From: an uncultured virus (IMG/VR IMGVR_UViG_3300008448_000010)
Lineage: Duplodnaviria; Heunggongvirae; Uroviricota; Caudoviricetes
Strand: one strand, 5' to 3'
Length of the DNA: 64,000 bases
IMG/VR virus record: IMGVR_UViG_3300008448_000010
A program made the translations under genes and the position numbers. The number at the start of each line of letters is the position of its first letter. Positions within the stretch are counted from its first letter, which is position 1. Positions 16,546 to 25,238 of this stretch are shown in pieces. Below the pieces are notes generated by a model. The model did not search any database and was not told the origin of the DNA. It worked only from the letters and a program-made list of their open reading frames with translations.

Positions 16546-16980
16546 ATGGTAAAATTGAAAGAATGTTATGGATGTATGAAACCATCTGTAATTTGGAAAA
16601 ACCATGAGGGATTTAGATATTGCAAAAATTGCTGGAGTTGTCACCAAAGCAATCTTGTTGCTCAGAAACCAACTGAAAACCTAATCCCTGTGGTTCTTCC
16701 TAATGTAAAGAAAAGACCAAGAATAAAGCTAAAATCTGAAAAGCAAAAAGCATTAGATAAGGCTTATTTATTAATGAGAAAAGAATATATGAATAAGAAT
16801 CCTTTATGTAATGTTAAAGTATCAAAAGATTGTTTCTTTAATGCTACTGATATACATCACATGGAAGGAAGAGGTGAAAAAACATTAACACAATTATCAT
16901 GGATATCAACTTGTAGACCTTGTCACACTTGGATTCATGAACATCCTGAAGAGGCTAGAATACTTGGATTTTTAAAATAA
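16546..16980 (+). CDS. Zn-binding HNH-like nuclease
   Basis: CxxC pairs; DIHH...CRPCHTWIH motif. Confidence 0.6.
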   Translation: MVKLKECYGCMKPSVIWKNHEGFRYCKNCWSCHQSNLVAQKPTENLIPVVLPNVKKRPRIKLKSEKQKALDKAYLLMRKEYMNKNPLCNVKVSKDCFFNATDIHHMEGRGEKTLTQLSWISTCRPCHTWIHEHPEEARILGFLK

Positions 16981-16994
16981 TATGATTTAAACTT

Positions 16995-17744
16995 ATGATT
17001 ATGAAAAAACAATTTATACAAATTGCTGTCACAACTGATTACACAATGTTTAATTATTTACCAATGAATAGAATAATAGATTCTAAACAGGTAGAAGCTT
17101 TAGTAGAAAGTATTAGAGCAATGGGTCTTACAAGACAAGTAATCTGTATTAAGACAGCTTGTATTGACGGAGAACTTAAAACTTATATAATTGATGGTCA
17201 ACATTTAGTACATGCTTGTCAAAGAGAAAACATTCCTGTAGAATTTAGATATATTGAAATTGTAGATGAAGATGATATTGTTAAAAAGATGGCTTTTTAT
17301 AACAATTCTTCTAAGTCTTGGAAACTTATGGACTATGTAAATGCATGGATGTATATTCATCCAGATTACACTATGCTTAAAAAGTTTAAAAATTTATATA
17401 ATCTTGAGCCATTAATGATTGCAAGTATTTGTAATAATACAGATTCTTATAATGGAATATGTCCAGCAAGTCAATTAATCAAGAATGGTAACTTTAGAGT
17501 TACTAATCCTAATGCTGAAACTATGTGTAAAGATTTTAGTGATTTATTTATTAAAATCGGTAAAGCTGACAGATGGGTTAAACATCAGTTTTTAAGAGTA
17601 TTTATTCAAGCTTATAATAGTAAAAATTATAACCATGAGGTTACTCTTCAAAATGTTGATAAGAATATTGCTACTATTAAGACAATGACAGATATTTCTG
17701 TAGCAAACCATTTTATACAAAAAAATGTTTTCAATTTAATTTAA
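16995..17744 (+). CDS. ParB/Srx-like N-terminal domain protein
   Basis: NR...LVESIRAMG...YIIDGQH motif. Confidence 0.6.
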   Translation: MIMKKQFIQIAVTTDYTMFNYLPMNRIIDSKQVEALVESIRAMGLTRQVICIKTACIDGELKTYIIDGQHLVHACQRENIPVEFRYIEIVDEDDIVKKMAFYNNSSKSWKLMDYVNAWMYIHPDYTMLKKFKNLYNLEPLMIASICNNTDSYNGICPASQLIKNGNFRVTNPNAETMCKDFSDLFIKIGKADRWVKHQFLRVFIQAYNSKNYNHEVTLQNVDKNIATIKTMTDISVANHFIQKNVFNLI

Positions 17745-17752
17745 AATAAATA

Positions 17753-18022
17753 ATGAATCCAAGCAAAGGCAACAATGCTTGGATTCTTAATATAAACATT
17801 ATGAGACAATATTTTAATCAAGGTTATAGTAAATTTAGTTTTAAAAGAATTGTAACAAAAACAGAAAAAGCTACATTATTTGAAATTATACCTAAAATAG
17901 AAATTTGGTTACCAAATAGTTGGTTAATTAAATTAACTAAAACTTCATTTACAGTAAAAGATCATATTGCAACAGATGTAAAACTTAAAATGAATGCAGA
18001 ATTTAAAGCACTTAAAAAATGA
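17753..18022 (+). CDS. hypothetical protein (KTEKATLF...WLPNS)
   Basis: ORF track. Confidence 0.65.
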   Translation: MNPSKGNNAWILNINIMRQYFNQGYSKFSFKRIVTKTEKATLFEIIPKIEIWLPNSWLIKLTKTSFTVKDHIATDVKLKMNAEFKALKK

Positions 18023-18108
18023 ACAGAGAAGAAATACAAGCAGAAGCATTAAAAGCAACTGAAGGTAAGCAAAGATGTAGTATTGTATTAGGCACAGGTT
18101 ACTTGTAA
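18019..18108 (+). pseudogene. truncated original 5' end of the SF2 helicase gene (29 codons)
   Basis: MNREEIQAEALKATEGKQRCSIVLGTG-YL*; 23/27 aa identical to the helicase N-terminus at 18905. Confidence 0.85.
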
Positions 18109-18137
18109 AATTTAAATAGTTTTTGTACCTTTATGGT

Positions 18138-18908
18138 ATGAAAATGACTAAAGGTTTTGGGTACAAAAAATGTGGTGTTTACTGCATTACTAATACAGTA
18201 AACAACAAAAGTTATATTGGAAGCAGTATCCATATTTATTTTAGACTAAGAAGACACAAGTCTGATTTGGCAAGAAATTGTCATGATAACAAGTATCTTC
18301 AAAATGCTTATAATAAATATGGTGCTGATTCTTTTATAGCATCTATTGTTGAAGAATGTTTTGAAAATGTAGTTTTACAAAGAGAACAACATTATATTGA
18401 TAATTTAAATCCTGAATATAATTTAACAAAAGAAGTTATTAATAATAGACTTTCTGAAGAATCAAGATTAAAAATATCTATTACTATGAAAGCAAAAGCA
18501 AAAGCAGGTATTAGAGTCAATCCTCTTAATGAAGATAAACAAAAAGAAATTGACTTATATGACTGTAATTGTAAATTTATTAAAAGATTTAATTCTTATA
18601 ATAATGCTGGTAGATTTATAAAAGAAACCTATCCAATATTTACACCACATAGTGTGTCTATTATTGTTAAAAGTAAATATGGTAGATATAAAAATTATTT
18701 TTTAATTAAACCAGATTCAATTTGTAATTCTGATTTATCTAAAAGTGGTTATGCATTATTAATTACTAATACATTAACTTCAGAAATCTTTAAATTTAAA
18801 AGTGCTGCACAAGTTGCAAAATATTTAACATGTAGTCATTCTTCTGTTATACAAGCATTTCATAAACAAAGACCTCTGTTAAAAATATATAAAATAGAAA
18901 AATTATGA
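18138..18908 (+). CDS. GIY-YIG homing endonuclease with C-terminal NUMOD-like DNA-binding repeats
   Basis: GVYCITNTVNNKSYIGSS...R...H...LQNAYNKYG...REQHYID..PEYN; own promoter-like TTG...TACCTTTA just upstream. Confidence 0.85.
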   Translation: MKMTKGFGYKKCGVYCITNTVNNKSYIGSSIHIYFRLRRHKSDLARNCHDNKYLQNAYNKYGADSFIASIVEECFENVVLQREQHYIDNLNPEYNLTKEVINNRLSEESRLKISITMKAKAKAGIRVNPLNEDKQKEIDLYDCNCKFIKRFNSYNNAGRFIKETYPIFTPHSVSIIVKSKYGRYKNYFLIKPDSICNSDLSKSGYALLITNTLTSEIFKFKSAAQVAKYLTCSHSSVIQAFHKQRPLLKIYKIEKL

Positions 18909-19996
18909 ATAGAGAAGACATTCAAAAAGAAGCATTAGATGCTACTATAGGAAAACAAAGATGTAGCATTGTGCTCGGAACTGGTGTAGGTAAGACCCTT
19001 GTTGGCCTAAAACATATGCAACTTTATACTACACCTCTTATGAGAACATTAGTAGTTGCACCTAAAAAATCTATTTTTCAATCTTGGAAAGATGATGCAG
19101 CAAAGTTTGATATGCTTGAACAATTAAGTAGAATTACATTTACAACTTATCTAAGTTTAAATAAACATAATCCTGCTGACTTTGATGCAGTGTATTTAGA
19201 TGAAGCTCATAGTTTATTAGATAGTCATAGAGGATTTCTACAACTATATAAAGGAAAGATAATTGGTCTTACCGGGACTCCTCCAAGATATAAAGATTCT
19301 GAAAAAGGTAGATTAATACAGGAATTTTGTCCTGTAATATATACTTTTAAAGCAGACTCTGCTATAGAACAAGGAATACTAAATGATTACCAAATTATAG
19401 TACATGAGTTAGAACTGAGTAATGAAAAGAATTATTCTGTAGTAATGAAGAATAAAAGTTTTATGAGTTCTGAAGTACAAAACTATAATTATTGGGGTCA
19501 AAGACTTGAAACTGGTTCTGGACCTGTCCATATTCTTAGAGTAATGAGAATGAAAGCAATGATGGAGTATGCTAGTAAAGAAAAATATACTAAAAAGTTA
19601 ATGGATAGCATTAATACTAAATGTATTGTATTTGCTAATACACAAGATCAAGCTGATAGATTATGTTCTCATAGTTATCATAGTAATAATACTAAATCTG
19701 AAGAAAATCTTGAGATGTTTAAAGACGGGTCTATTTTAAAACTTTCTACTGTTATGCAGTTAAATGAAGGTGTTAATATATCTAATCTTAAACAGGGTAT
19801 TATTATGCATTCATATGGTAATGAAAGAAAAGCTAGTCAAAGAATAGGTAGGTTGCTCCGGTTAAATCCTGATGATAAAGCTATTGTACATATATTATGT
19901 TATATGAATACAGTTGATGAAAAATGGGTTAAAGAAGCCTTAGAAGATTTTGACCAAACTAAAATTATATGGAAAAATTACAATATTCCCGTATAA
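18905..19996 (+). CDS. superfamily 2 DEAH helicase
   Basis: GTGVGKT Walker A, LDEAH, GLTGT, QRIGR. Confidence 0.9.
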   Translation: MNREDIQKEALDATIGKQRCSIVLGTGVGKTLVGLKHMQLYTTPLMRTLVVAPKKSIFQSWKDDAAKFDMLEQLSRITFTTYLSLNKHNPADFDAVYLDEAHSLLDSHRGFLQLYKGKIIGLTGTPPRYKDSEKGRLIQEFCPVIYTFKADSAIEQGILNDYQIIVHELELSNEKNYSVVMKNKSFMSSEVQNYNYWGQRLETGSGPVHILRVMRMKAMMEYASKEKYTKKLMDSINTKCIVFANTQDQADRLCSHSYHSNNTKSEENLEMFKDGSILKLSTVMQLNEGVNISNLKQGIIMHSYGNERKASQRIGRLLRLNPDDKAIVHILCYMNTVDEKWVKEALEDFDQTKIIWKNYNIPV

Positions 19997-20008
19997 TTTA
20001 TATATATT

Positions 20009-20269
20009 ATGAGTATGGAAGATATACAAACACATAAGATTATGTTATATAATGATGATGTAAACTCATATGAATATATTATGGCCTGTTTAATAGGTTT
20101 ATGTAAACATGAAGTAGTACAAGCAGAACAATGTGCTTTAATAGCACATAACAAAGGCAAGTGTGAAATAAAACATGGAGATTTTATGGATATGTTTGAA
20201 TTAAAAACTACCTTTGATAACTTAAATATTAAAGTTGAATTAGAAGAGTATGAAAGTGATTTGTATTGA
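20009..20269 (+). CDS. clpS: ClpS-like N-degron adaptor
   Basis: LYNDDVNSYEYI...AEQCALIAHNKGKCEIKHG. Confidence 0.8.
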   Translation: MSMEDIQTHKIMLYNDDVNSYEYIMACLIGLCKHEVVQAEQCALIAHNKGKCEIKHGDFMDMFELKTTFDNLNIKVELEEYESDLY

Positions 20270-20531
20270 TAATAGTAAAAAGCCAAAAAATATACCTATT
20301 GAAGAATGGGTAAAAGAAGGTGATACTTATACTGTAACCAGAATTGTTAGAATGGGTTTACAAAAAGAAACTTATGGTTTTTTACTTAAAGAAGTACAAC
20401 TATCAAGCAGATCATTTCCTTATGAACTTTATGATGCATCAAGATTTTTACCAATTGAACTTTTATCTAATATGAAAGAAGAAAAAAAAGAAGAGGTAAT
20501 TATTGAAGAAGCATGTCTTGAATTAATCTAA
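20250..20531 (+). CDS. hypothetical protein (MKVICID...)
   Basis: ORF track. Confidence 0.7.
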   Translation: MKVICIDNSKKPKNIPIEEWVKEGDTYTVTRIVRMGLQKETYGFLLKEVQLSSRSFPYELYDASRFLPIELLSNMKEEKKEEVIIEEACLELI

Positions 20532-20544
20532 ATAAATAAAGTTT

Positions 20545-20721
20545 ATGTATAAATTTATAAATATTATAGGTTTAATATCAGTTATATATCTAATAATGAG
20601 TCAGATAATGGCTCTTTATTTCTTATATTTATGGTCTAATAATCATGGCTTTTTAAATACTATAACATTAGGCGTACTAATATCAGAGATTAAAGGAATA
20701 TTCTTTCCTTTTTTTATATAA
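20545..20721 (+). CDS. small membrane protein (58 aa)
   Basis: Read from sequence; hydrophobic. Confidence 0.55.
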   Translation: MYKFINIIGLISVIYLIMSQIMALYFLYLWSNNHGFLNTITLGVLISEIKGIFFPFFI

Positions 20722-20726
20722 AAATT

Positions 20727-21179
20727 ATGGAATATACAGTTAATGACATTCTAAAAGAGTGTGATGCTTTAGTATATGAATTTCAAAATTCTCCTAAAAA
20801 AAGATTAAGACCAATGTTAGATAAAAGAAATTATCTAATTGCTATATTGTATTACAAGTTTGGCTATACTGAAGAAAAAATTTCTACTATATATAATATA
20901 AAAAGAGTATCAGTTTCAGTATCTAAAAAACATGCTTATTCTTTATTAGAATATGGTGATAATGTATTTAAAGAAAATATTAAAGATTATTTAATTAAAT
21001 ATCCGTATGATTTTCCAAATTTTAGTAATAAATATAAAAAAGATATAGGAATTACAATATATTTTGATAATAAAACTTTAGAAAAAATAAGAGCATATAG
21101 AGATATTATAAATGAAAAATCTACAGCAAAAACAATAAAAAGATTGGTAACTAATGGTTTAAAGTTATGGGGAAAATGA
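20727..21179 (+). CDS. putative DNA-binding protein (HTH-like)
   Basis: GYTEEKISTIYNIKRVSVS HTH-like segment; RHH-like C-terminus. Confidence 0.55.
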   Translation: MEYTVNDILKECDALVYEFQNSPKKRLRPMLDKRNYLIAILYYKFGYTEEKISTIYNIKRVSVSVSKKHAYSLLEYGDNVFKENIKDYLIKYPYDFPNFSNKYKKDIGITIYFDNKTLEKIRAYRDIINEKSTAKTIKRLVTNGLKLWGK

Positions 21180-21358
21180 AAGAATTATATTATGAGTTAT
21201 TACAAGCAAATAACGGAGAAATACCACAGGAAGCTACTATAGCTGACTTAGCAAGAATGAATGATCTAAAAATATTTGAATGGAGAGAATATGAAAGGTC
21301 TCAAAATAATATTAAAAAACCAAAAAATGAAGGAGATATCAAAGGACAGCAGTCTTAA
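21167..21358 (+). CDS. hypothetical protein
   Basis: ORF track. Confidence 0.6.
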   Translation: MGKMKELYYELLQANNGEIPQEATIADLARMNDLKIFEWREYERSQNNIKKPKNEGDIKGQQS

Positions 21359-21587
21359 TGAACACAGACAAGAAAAAGAATATGGTTGGAAACCTATTCC
21401 ATCTAAAAAGAAATCAGTAAGAAAAAAATCAGAATATAATTATGCATTTGTAGGTATAATAATAGGTCTTACTATGGGTATACTTACAAGCATTTTTATG
21501 TATAAAGATTCTCAAAGATGTAATTTACTATTAGAAGAAAATAAACTTCTTAAAGAAATGTTGTATTATAAAGAAATAAATAAATAA
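21276..21587 (+). CDS. membrane protein with coiled-coil tail; start uncertain
   Basis: ORF track; single TM segment. Confidence 0.55.
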   Translation: MNGENMKGLKIILKNQKMKEISKDSSLNEHRQEKEYGWKPIPSKKKSVRKKSEYNYAFVGIIIGLTMGILTSIFMYKDSQRCNLLLEENKLLKEMLYYKEINK

Positions 21588-21610
21588 ACAATTAAATTAA
21601 AAAAAAAAAA

Positions 21611-22060
21611 ATGAAAAAATTATTAATAAGTATAGGAGTAATGTTGTGTTTAAATGCAAATGCTCAATGGACTAACAAAACTATAAATAATGGTTTTGAT
21701 GAACCTTATAGAATATGTTATACAGCAACAAATAATCTTGGATATTTAAAATTAGAAAATGTAGATGGTCAAATATATTTTTATCTTAATGGAAAATATT
21801 GTTGTGATGACAGCCCTGTTGTAAATTTATCATTTGTTGTAAATGGTGTAACTGTAAAATATTCTTGCACTGCTAATGTAGGTGATGATAAAAATATTGT
21901 TTGGATTTTAGAAGATTTTTTAAATAGTGATGTAGTGGAATCTTTTAAAAATTGCAGTACACTTAATATAAGAGTAAATGATAAAGTTTGTAATGAAGAA
22001 ATTTACTCATTTAATATGAGTGGGAGTACAGCTGCTCTTAATTTTATAATTAATAAGTAA
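21611..22060 (+). CDS. secreted/periplasmic protein with signal peptide
   Basis: MKKLLISIGVMLCLNANA|QW, a Bacteroidota-type signal peptide with Gln at +1. Confidence 0.7.
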   Translation: MKKLLISIGVMLCLNANAQWTNKTINNGFDEPYRICYTATNNLGYLKLENVDGQIYFYLNGKYCCDDSPVVNLSFVVNGVTVKYSCTANVGDDKNIVWILEDFLNSDVVESFKNCSTLNIRVNDKVCNEEIYSFNMSGSTAALNFIINK

Positions 22061-22062
22061 AC

Positions 22063-22251
22063 TTGAAACATTTTACAAAATATCTATTGGTATGGATAAG
22101 CCAAAACTTGTCCATACCTTTTTGGATGGTAGGTCATGTACATCTTTCAACAAATGTGTATGCTGACATCCATGAGATACTAATGTCCTGTGGCATGAAC
22201 ATTATTGTAGCCATTGGATTTGTAATAGATTATAGAGATAATGCTAAATAA
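22063..22251 (+). CDS. small membrane protein
   Basis: ORF track; TTG start. Confidence 0.55.
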   Translation: MKHFTKYLLVWISQNLSIPFWMVGHVHLSTNVYADIHEILMSCGMNIIVAIGFVIDYRDNAK

Positions 22252-22332
22252 AGTTTACAAAAACCTACATTTTTGTTAGTTATGCTTTACATAATAGACA
22301 TATTTCCGATTAACATTTAAAAATTTAACAAC

Positions 22333-22722
22333 ATGAAACTAGAAGTATTTACAGAAATCCTAAACAAACTTAGGAAGCAATCAGACAAGGAACATGCATT
22401 GTATGTATTAGATATAGACACTATTAATTTCTCAGATAATTATGCCTCAGTAATAAATATTTTGTTAGATGTTTACTATGGTAAGGAGGGAACAGATTGG
22501 ATTTATTGGTATCTATATGAGAGAGACCCTGTTGGAACAATTGACCAAGCAACTACTAATGACGGAAAGCCTATTTGTTATGATATTAAGTCATTATGGG
22601 AAGAGGTAGAGCAGTGTAGGTTGGACAATACAAAAGAATATGAGCTACCTGTTAAAATAACAGATGAAGAGAAATTAGAAATATTAAACATGATAAAAAA
22701 TGGAAAAGGATTCACATGTTAG
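22333..22722 (+). CDS. hypothetical protein (DWIYWYLYE motif)
   Basis: ORF track. Confidence 0.7.
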   Translation: MKLEVFTEILNKLRKQSDKEHALYVLDIDTINFSDNYASVINILLDVYYGKEGTDWIYWYLYERDPVGTIDQATTNDGKPICYDIKSLWEEVEQCRLDNTKEYELPVKITDEEKLEILNMIKNGKGFTC

Positions 22723-22737
22723 CTATTTACAACTATT

Positions 22738-22766
22738 TGTCACAAATTTAGCTAATATTTGGGACA
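22738..22766. repeat. 29-bp quasi-palindrome, second copy of the 10270-10298 element
   Basis: TGTCACAAATTTAGCTAATATTTGGGACA; 24/29 identical to the first copy. Confidence 0.6.
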
Positions 22767-22787
22767 GTTTAATTAAATAAAAATGAT

Positions 22788-23225
22788 ATGAAACAGACAG
22801 CAGTAGAATGGTTAATTGGGCAGATGAAAACATACAATATGACTCTTTCAGTTCAGAACACTAGTCATCAAAATGTAATAGACTTTTATAAGGCTGTTGA
22901 AGAAGCCAAAGAAATGGAGAAATTACATATAATAGTAGCTTGGAAAGATGGAGATGGAGAGTTTGATAAAGCAGCAGATTCATTGTCTGAATTATACTAT
23001 AATGAAACCTTTAAATCAAAACATAAGTATGACCCTTTTTATGCAGATATAATTAACCAAGCCAAAGCAATGGAGAGATATCAGAAAGATGACTCAATTG
23101 AAAAACAAGTAAGTATTTTAAAAGATACACTTGAAGAAATGATGACAGGATTTGACTCTGAAGAAAATAGAATAGATTTTATTCTTGATATTTGCAATGG
23201 CTATAAGAAAAGAATTAACCTTTAA
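22788..23225 (+). CDS. MKQTAVEWL-family protein (fusion of two units)
   Basis: Blocks TAVEWL, AKEMEK and YYNETFKS, then a second AKAME block. Confidence 0.75.
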   Translation: MKQTAVEWLIGQMKTYNMTLSVQNTSHQNVIDFYKAVEEAKEMEKLHIIVAWKDGDGEFDKAADSLSELYYNETFKSKHKYDPFYADIINQAKAMERYQKDDSIEKQVSILKDTLEEMMTGFDSEENRIDFILDICNGYKKRINL

Positions 23226-23236
23226 ATCAGAATAAG

Positions 23237-23422
23237 ATGAAACAAACAGCAGTAGAATGGTTGGTTGAGCAAATGAAATTAGATGAATTATTTAATGCAG
23301 ATTATTTTATTGAACAAGCAAAAGAAATGGAGAAGGAGCAGATAATGGATGCTTTTAATGGTGAGCCACATTGTGATGGAGATGGTGATAGATACTACAA
23401 CGAAACCTTTAAATCAGAATAA
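23237..23422 (+). CDS. MKQTAVEWL-family protein
   Basis: Same three conserved blocks. Confidence 0.75.
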   Translation: MKQTAVEWLVEQMKLDELFNADYFIEQAKEMEKEQIMDAFNGEPHCDGDGDRYYNETFKSE

Positions 23423-23423
23423 G

Positions 23424-23645
23424 ATGACAGCAGTAGAATGGTTGATAGAAGAATTAAGAGGAGCTCATGTCAAAGGAGATTTTATCTTTAATGGAGTTAT
23501 AACTTCTGAATTGATTGAACAAGCCAAAGAAATGGAGAAGGAGCAGATTACTGAAGCACACACATTTGGCTATGTTATAGGAGGTGGTAAGGGAGATTTA
23601 TATAATCCTGAGCAATACTACAATGAAACCTTTAAATCAGAATAA
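23424..23645 (+). CDS. MKQTAVEWL-family protein (start MTAVEWL)
   Basis: Same three blocks; ATG lies in the 24-bp junction repeat. Confidence 0.75.
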   Translation: MTAVEWLIEELRGAHVKGDFIFNGVITSELIEQAKEMEKEQITEAHTFGYVIGGGKGDLYNPEQYYNETFKSE

Positions 23646-23646
23646 G

Positions 23647-24039
23647 ATGAGACAGATAGTATATAACTCAGTAAAATGCCTTGAGTGTAACAAGGTATTA
23701 GTAAGTAGACACAGACATGACTATGTAACCTGTGGTTGCCCCAATGATGCTATGGCAGATGGTGGTAACGAGTATGAAAGGTATGGTGCAATGGACATGG
23801 ATAAGATTGAAACTCATTATGTCTATGCAGATGATGACTTTGAAATTGTTAGAAAATATGCAGTAAGAGGTAGCAGAGGTAAGTATGGTGAAACACCATT
23901 AACTTGGATAGCTATAGCTGACATGGATGACGACTACCTACATGCAGTACTTGACTATGGTGGAGATGATTGGCATCTTGAATTAATGAATAAAGAAATA
24001 GAATATAGAAAAAATGGGAAAAATAATACTGGAGTTTGA
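23647..24039 (+). CDS. Zn-ribbon-like hypothetical protein (CxxC...SRHRHDYVTCGC...DGG)
   Basis: Start at the ATG in the third junction repeat. Confidence 0.7.
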   Translation: MRQIVYNSVKCLECNKVLVSRHRHDYVTCGCPNDAMADGGNEYERYGAMDMDKIETHYVYADDDFEIVRKYAVRGSRGKYGETPLTWIAIADMDDDYLHAVLDYGGDDWHLELMNKEIEYRKNGKNNTGV

Positions 24040-24253
24040 CTCTGTAGAAGAACAAAGTGATGTTAGAACAGCATTAGATGGATATAAATGGAAAAATGCT
24101 ATGTGGGAATTAGACCAATTACTCAGAAGCACAACAAAGTATGCTGTTTTTGAAAAAAGAGAAGCTACAGAAGTTGAAAGAGATATGGCTGATAAGATAA
24201 GAGAAGCCATAAGAGAGATATTAAATGAACATAACTTAAACTTAGAAGACTAA
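24014..24253 (+). CDS. hypothetical protein
   Basis: ORF track. Confidence 0.7.
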   Translation: MGKIILEFDSVEEQSDVRTALDGYKWKNAMWELDQLLRSTTKYAVFEKREATEVERDMADKIREAIREILNEHNLNLED

Positions 24254-24700
24254 ATGGAAAAAACAGCAACAAATGATATTGTACTTACTAAGAAATTTAA
24301 AAAGTTTTTACATAGTATTGCAGAAGAACATTATAATATGACTTCACAGAATAATGATACTACAGGTCTTAATCATTCATTAAATTATTTATGGTATATG
24401 TATCATAAAGGTGTAAATTCTGGAGTATATAGACCATTTATATTTATGGCAGAAATGCATTTACTTAAAGAAATGGGTTATATGGAAAATGATGATATTA
24501 AAAATCTTAATGAAATGATTAAGTCAGAAGATACAGATAATTTTTATCTTGGATATCTATCTTTAGAGTCTTTAAGAAATAAAAGAATTAAAGAACATGG
24601 AGCATTTAGTCAAGGAAGTAAAGTTTATATGGATCTTGTTCCAGATTATGCTTCTAAAATATTAAATACAACATTGTTTAAGAATGCATTAAAAAATTAA
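24254..24700 (+). CDS. hypothetical protein
   Basis: ORF track. Confidence 0.7.
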   Translation: MEKTATNDIVLTKKFKKFLHSIAEEHYNMTSQNNDTTGLNHSLNYLWYMYHKGVNSGVYRPFIFMAEMHLLKEMGYMENDDIKNLNEMIKSEDTDNFYLGYLSLESLRNKRIKEHGAFSQGSKVYMDLVPDYASKILNTTLFKNALKN

Positions 24701-24712
24701 ATAGTAAATAAC

Positions 24713-24964
24713 ATGACAGAAAATGACTTAAAAGAATTAAACTTTGATAAAATAGTAGTTACTACTAAAGAAAGTGATAATGAAAAAGAATACTATTATT
24801 ATGAATTATTAATAATGCCTGGATTACATTTAGTTTCCACAGACAGTGATGAAACTAAAGATGATAACTGGAAAGTTAAGAATTGGGATTGGCCAGCAGC
24901 CTTATTTCCTACAAAAGAAAGTATTATTGAGTTGAAGAAGATTTCTCAGTATAATCATCAATAA
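24713..24964 (+). CDS. hypothetical protein
   Basis: ORF track. Confidence 0.7.
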   Translation: MTENDLKELNFDKIVVTTKESDNEKEYYYYELLIMPGLHLVSTDSDETKDDNWKVKNWDWPAALFPTKESIIELKKISQYNHQ

Positions 24965-25238
24965 TATCAGGTTCCTCACTTGCAGAGAGAACTCTTGTTT
25001 TTTCTGCAATGATGTTAAATATAATCATTGCAGAAGCTGATTTCCAACACTCATCAATTTCTTGTTGTAATATATCCATAGGAACCATAGTAGATAATAC
25101 TTCTCCAGTTCTTAAATATATTTTAGTTCCCGCATCTGGGTTCATAACATTAATAAATGCAGTTCTAGTTATGTGAGTCACATTTAAGTGTTCAATATAA
25201 GAACCTTCTTTATCTTTGAGAGTTATTGGTAGAAACAT
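24924..25238 (-). CDS. hypothetical protein
   Basis: Coupled to the phosphoesterase gene. Confidence 0.65.
   Translation of the reverse strand: MFLPITLKDKEGSYIEHLNVTHITRTAFINVMNPDAGTKIYLRTGEVLSTMVPMDILQQEIDECWKSASAMIIFNIIAEKTRVLSASEEPDIIDDYTEKSSSTQ

Noticed and set aside
18100..18904. Group I intron or intein in the helicase
   Set aside because: Only ~38 nt lie before the nuclease start and none after it, leaving no room for a ribozyme core; there is an in-frame stop and a complete downstream gene copy
21599..21611. Poly-A tract as a phase-variation switch
   Set aside because: It is intergenic and fits the A-rich leaders seen before many genes here
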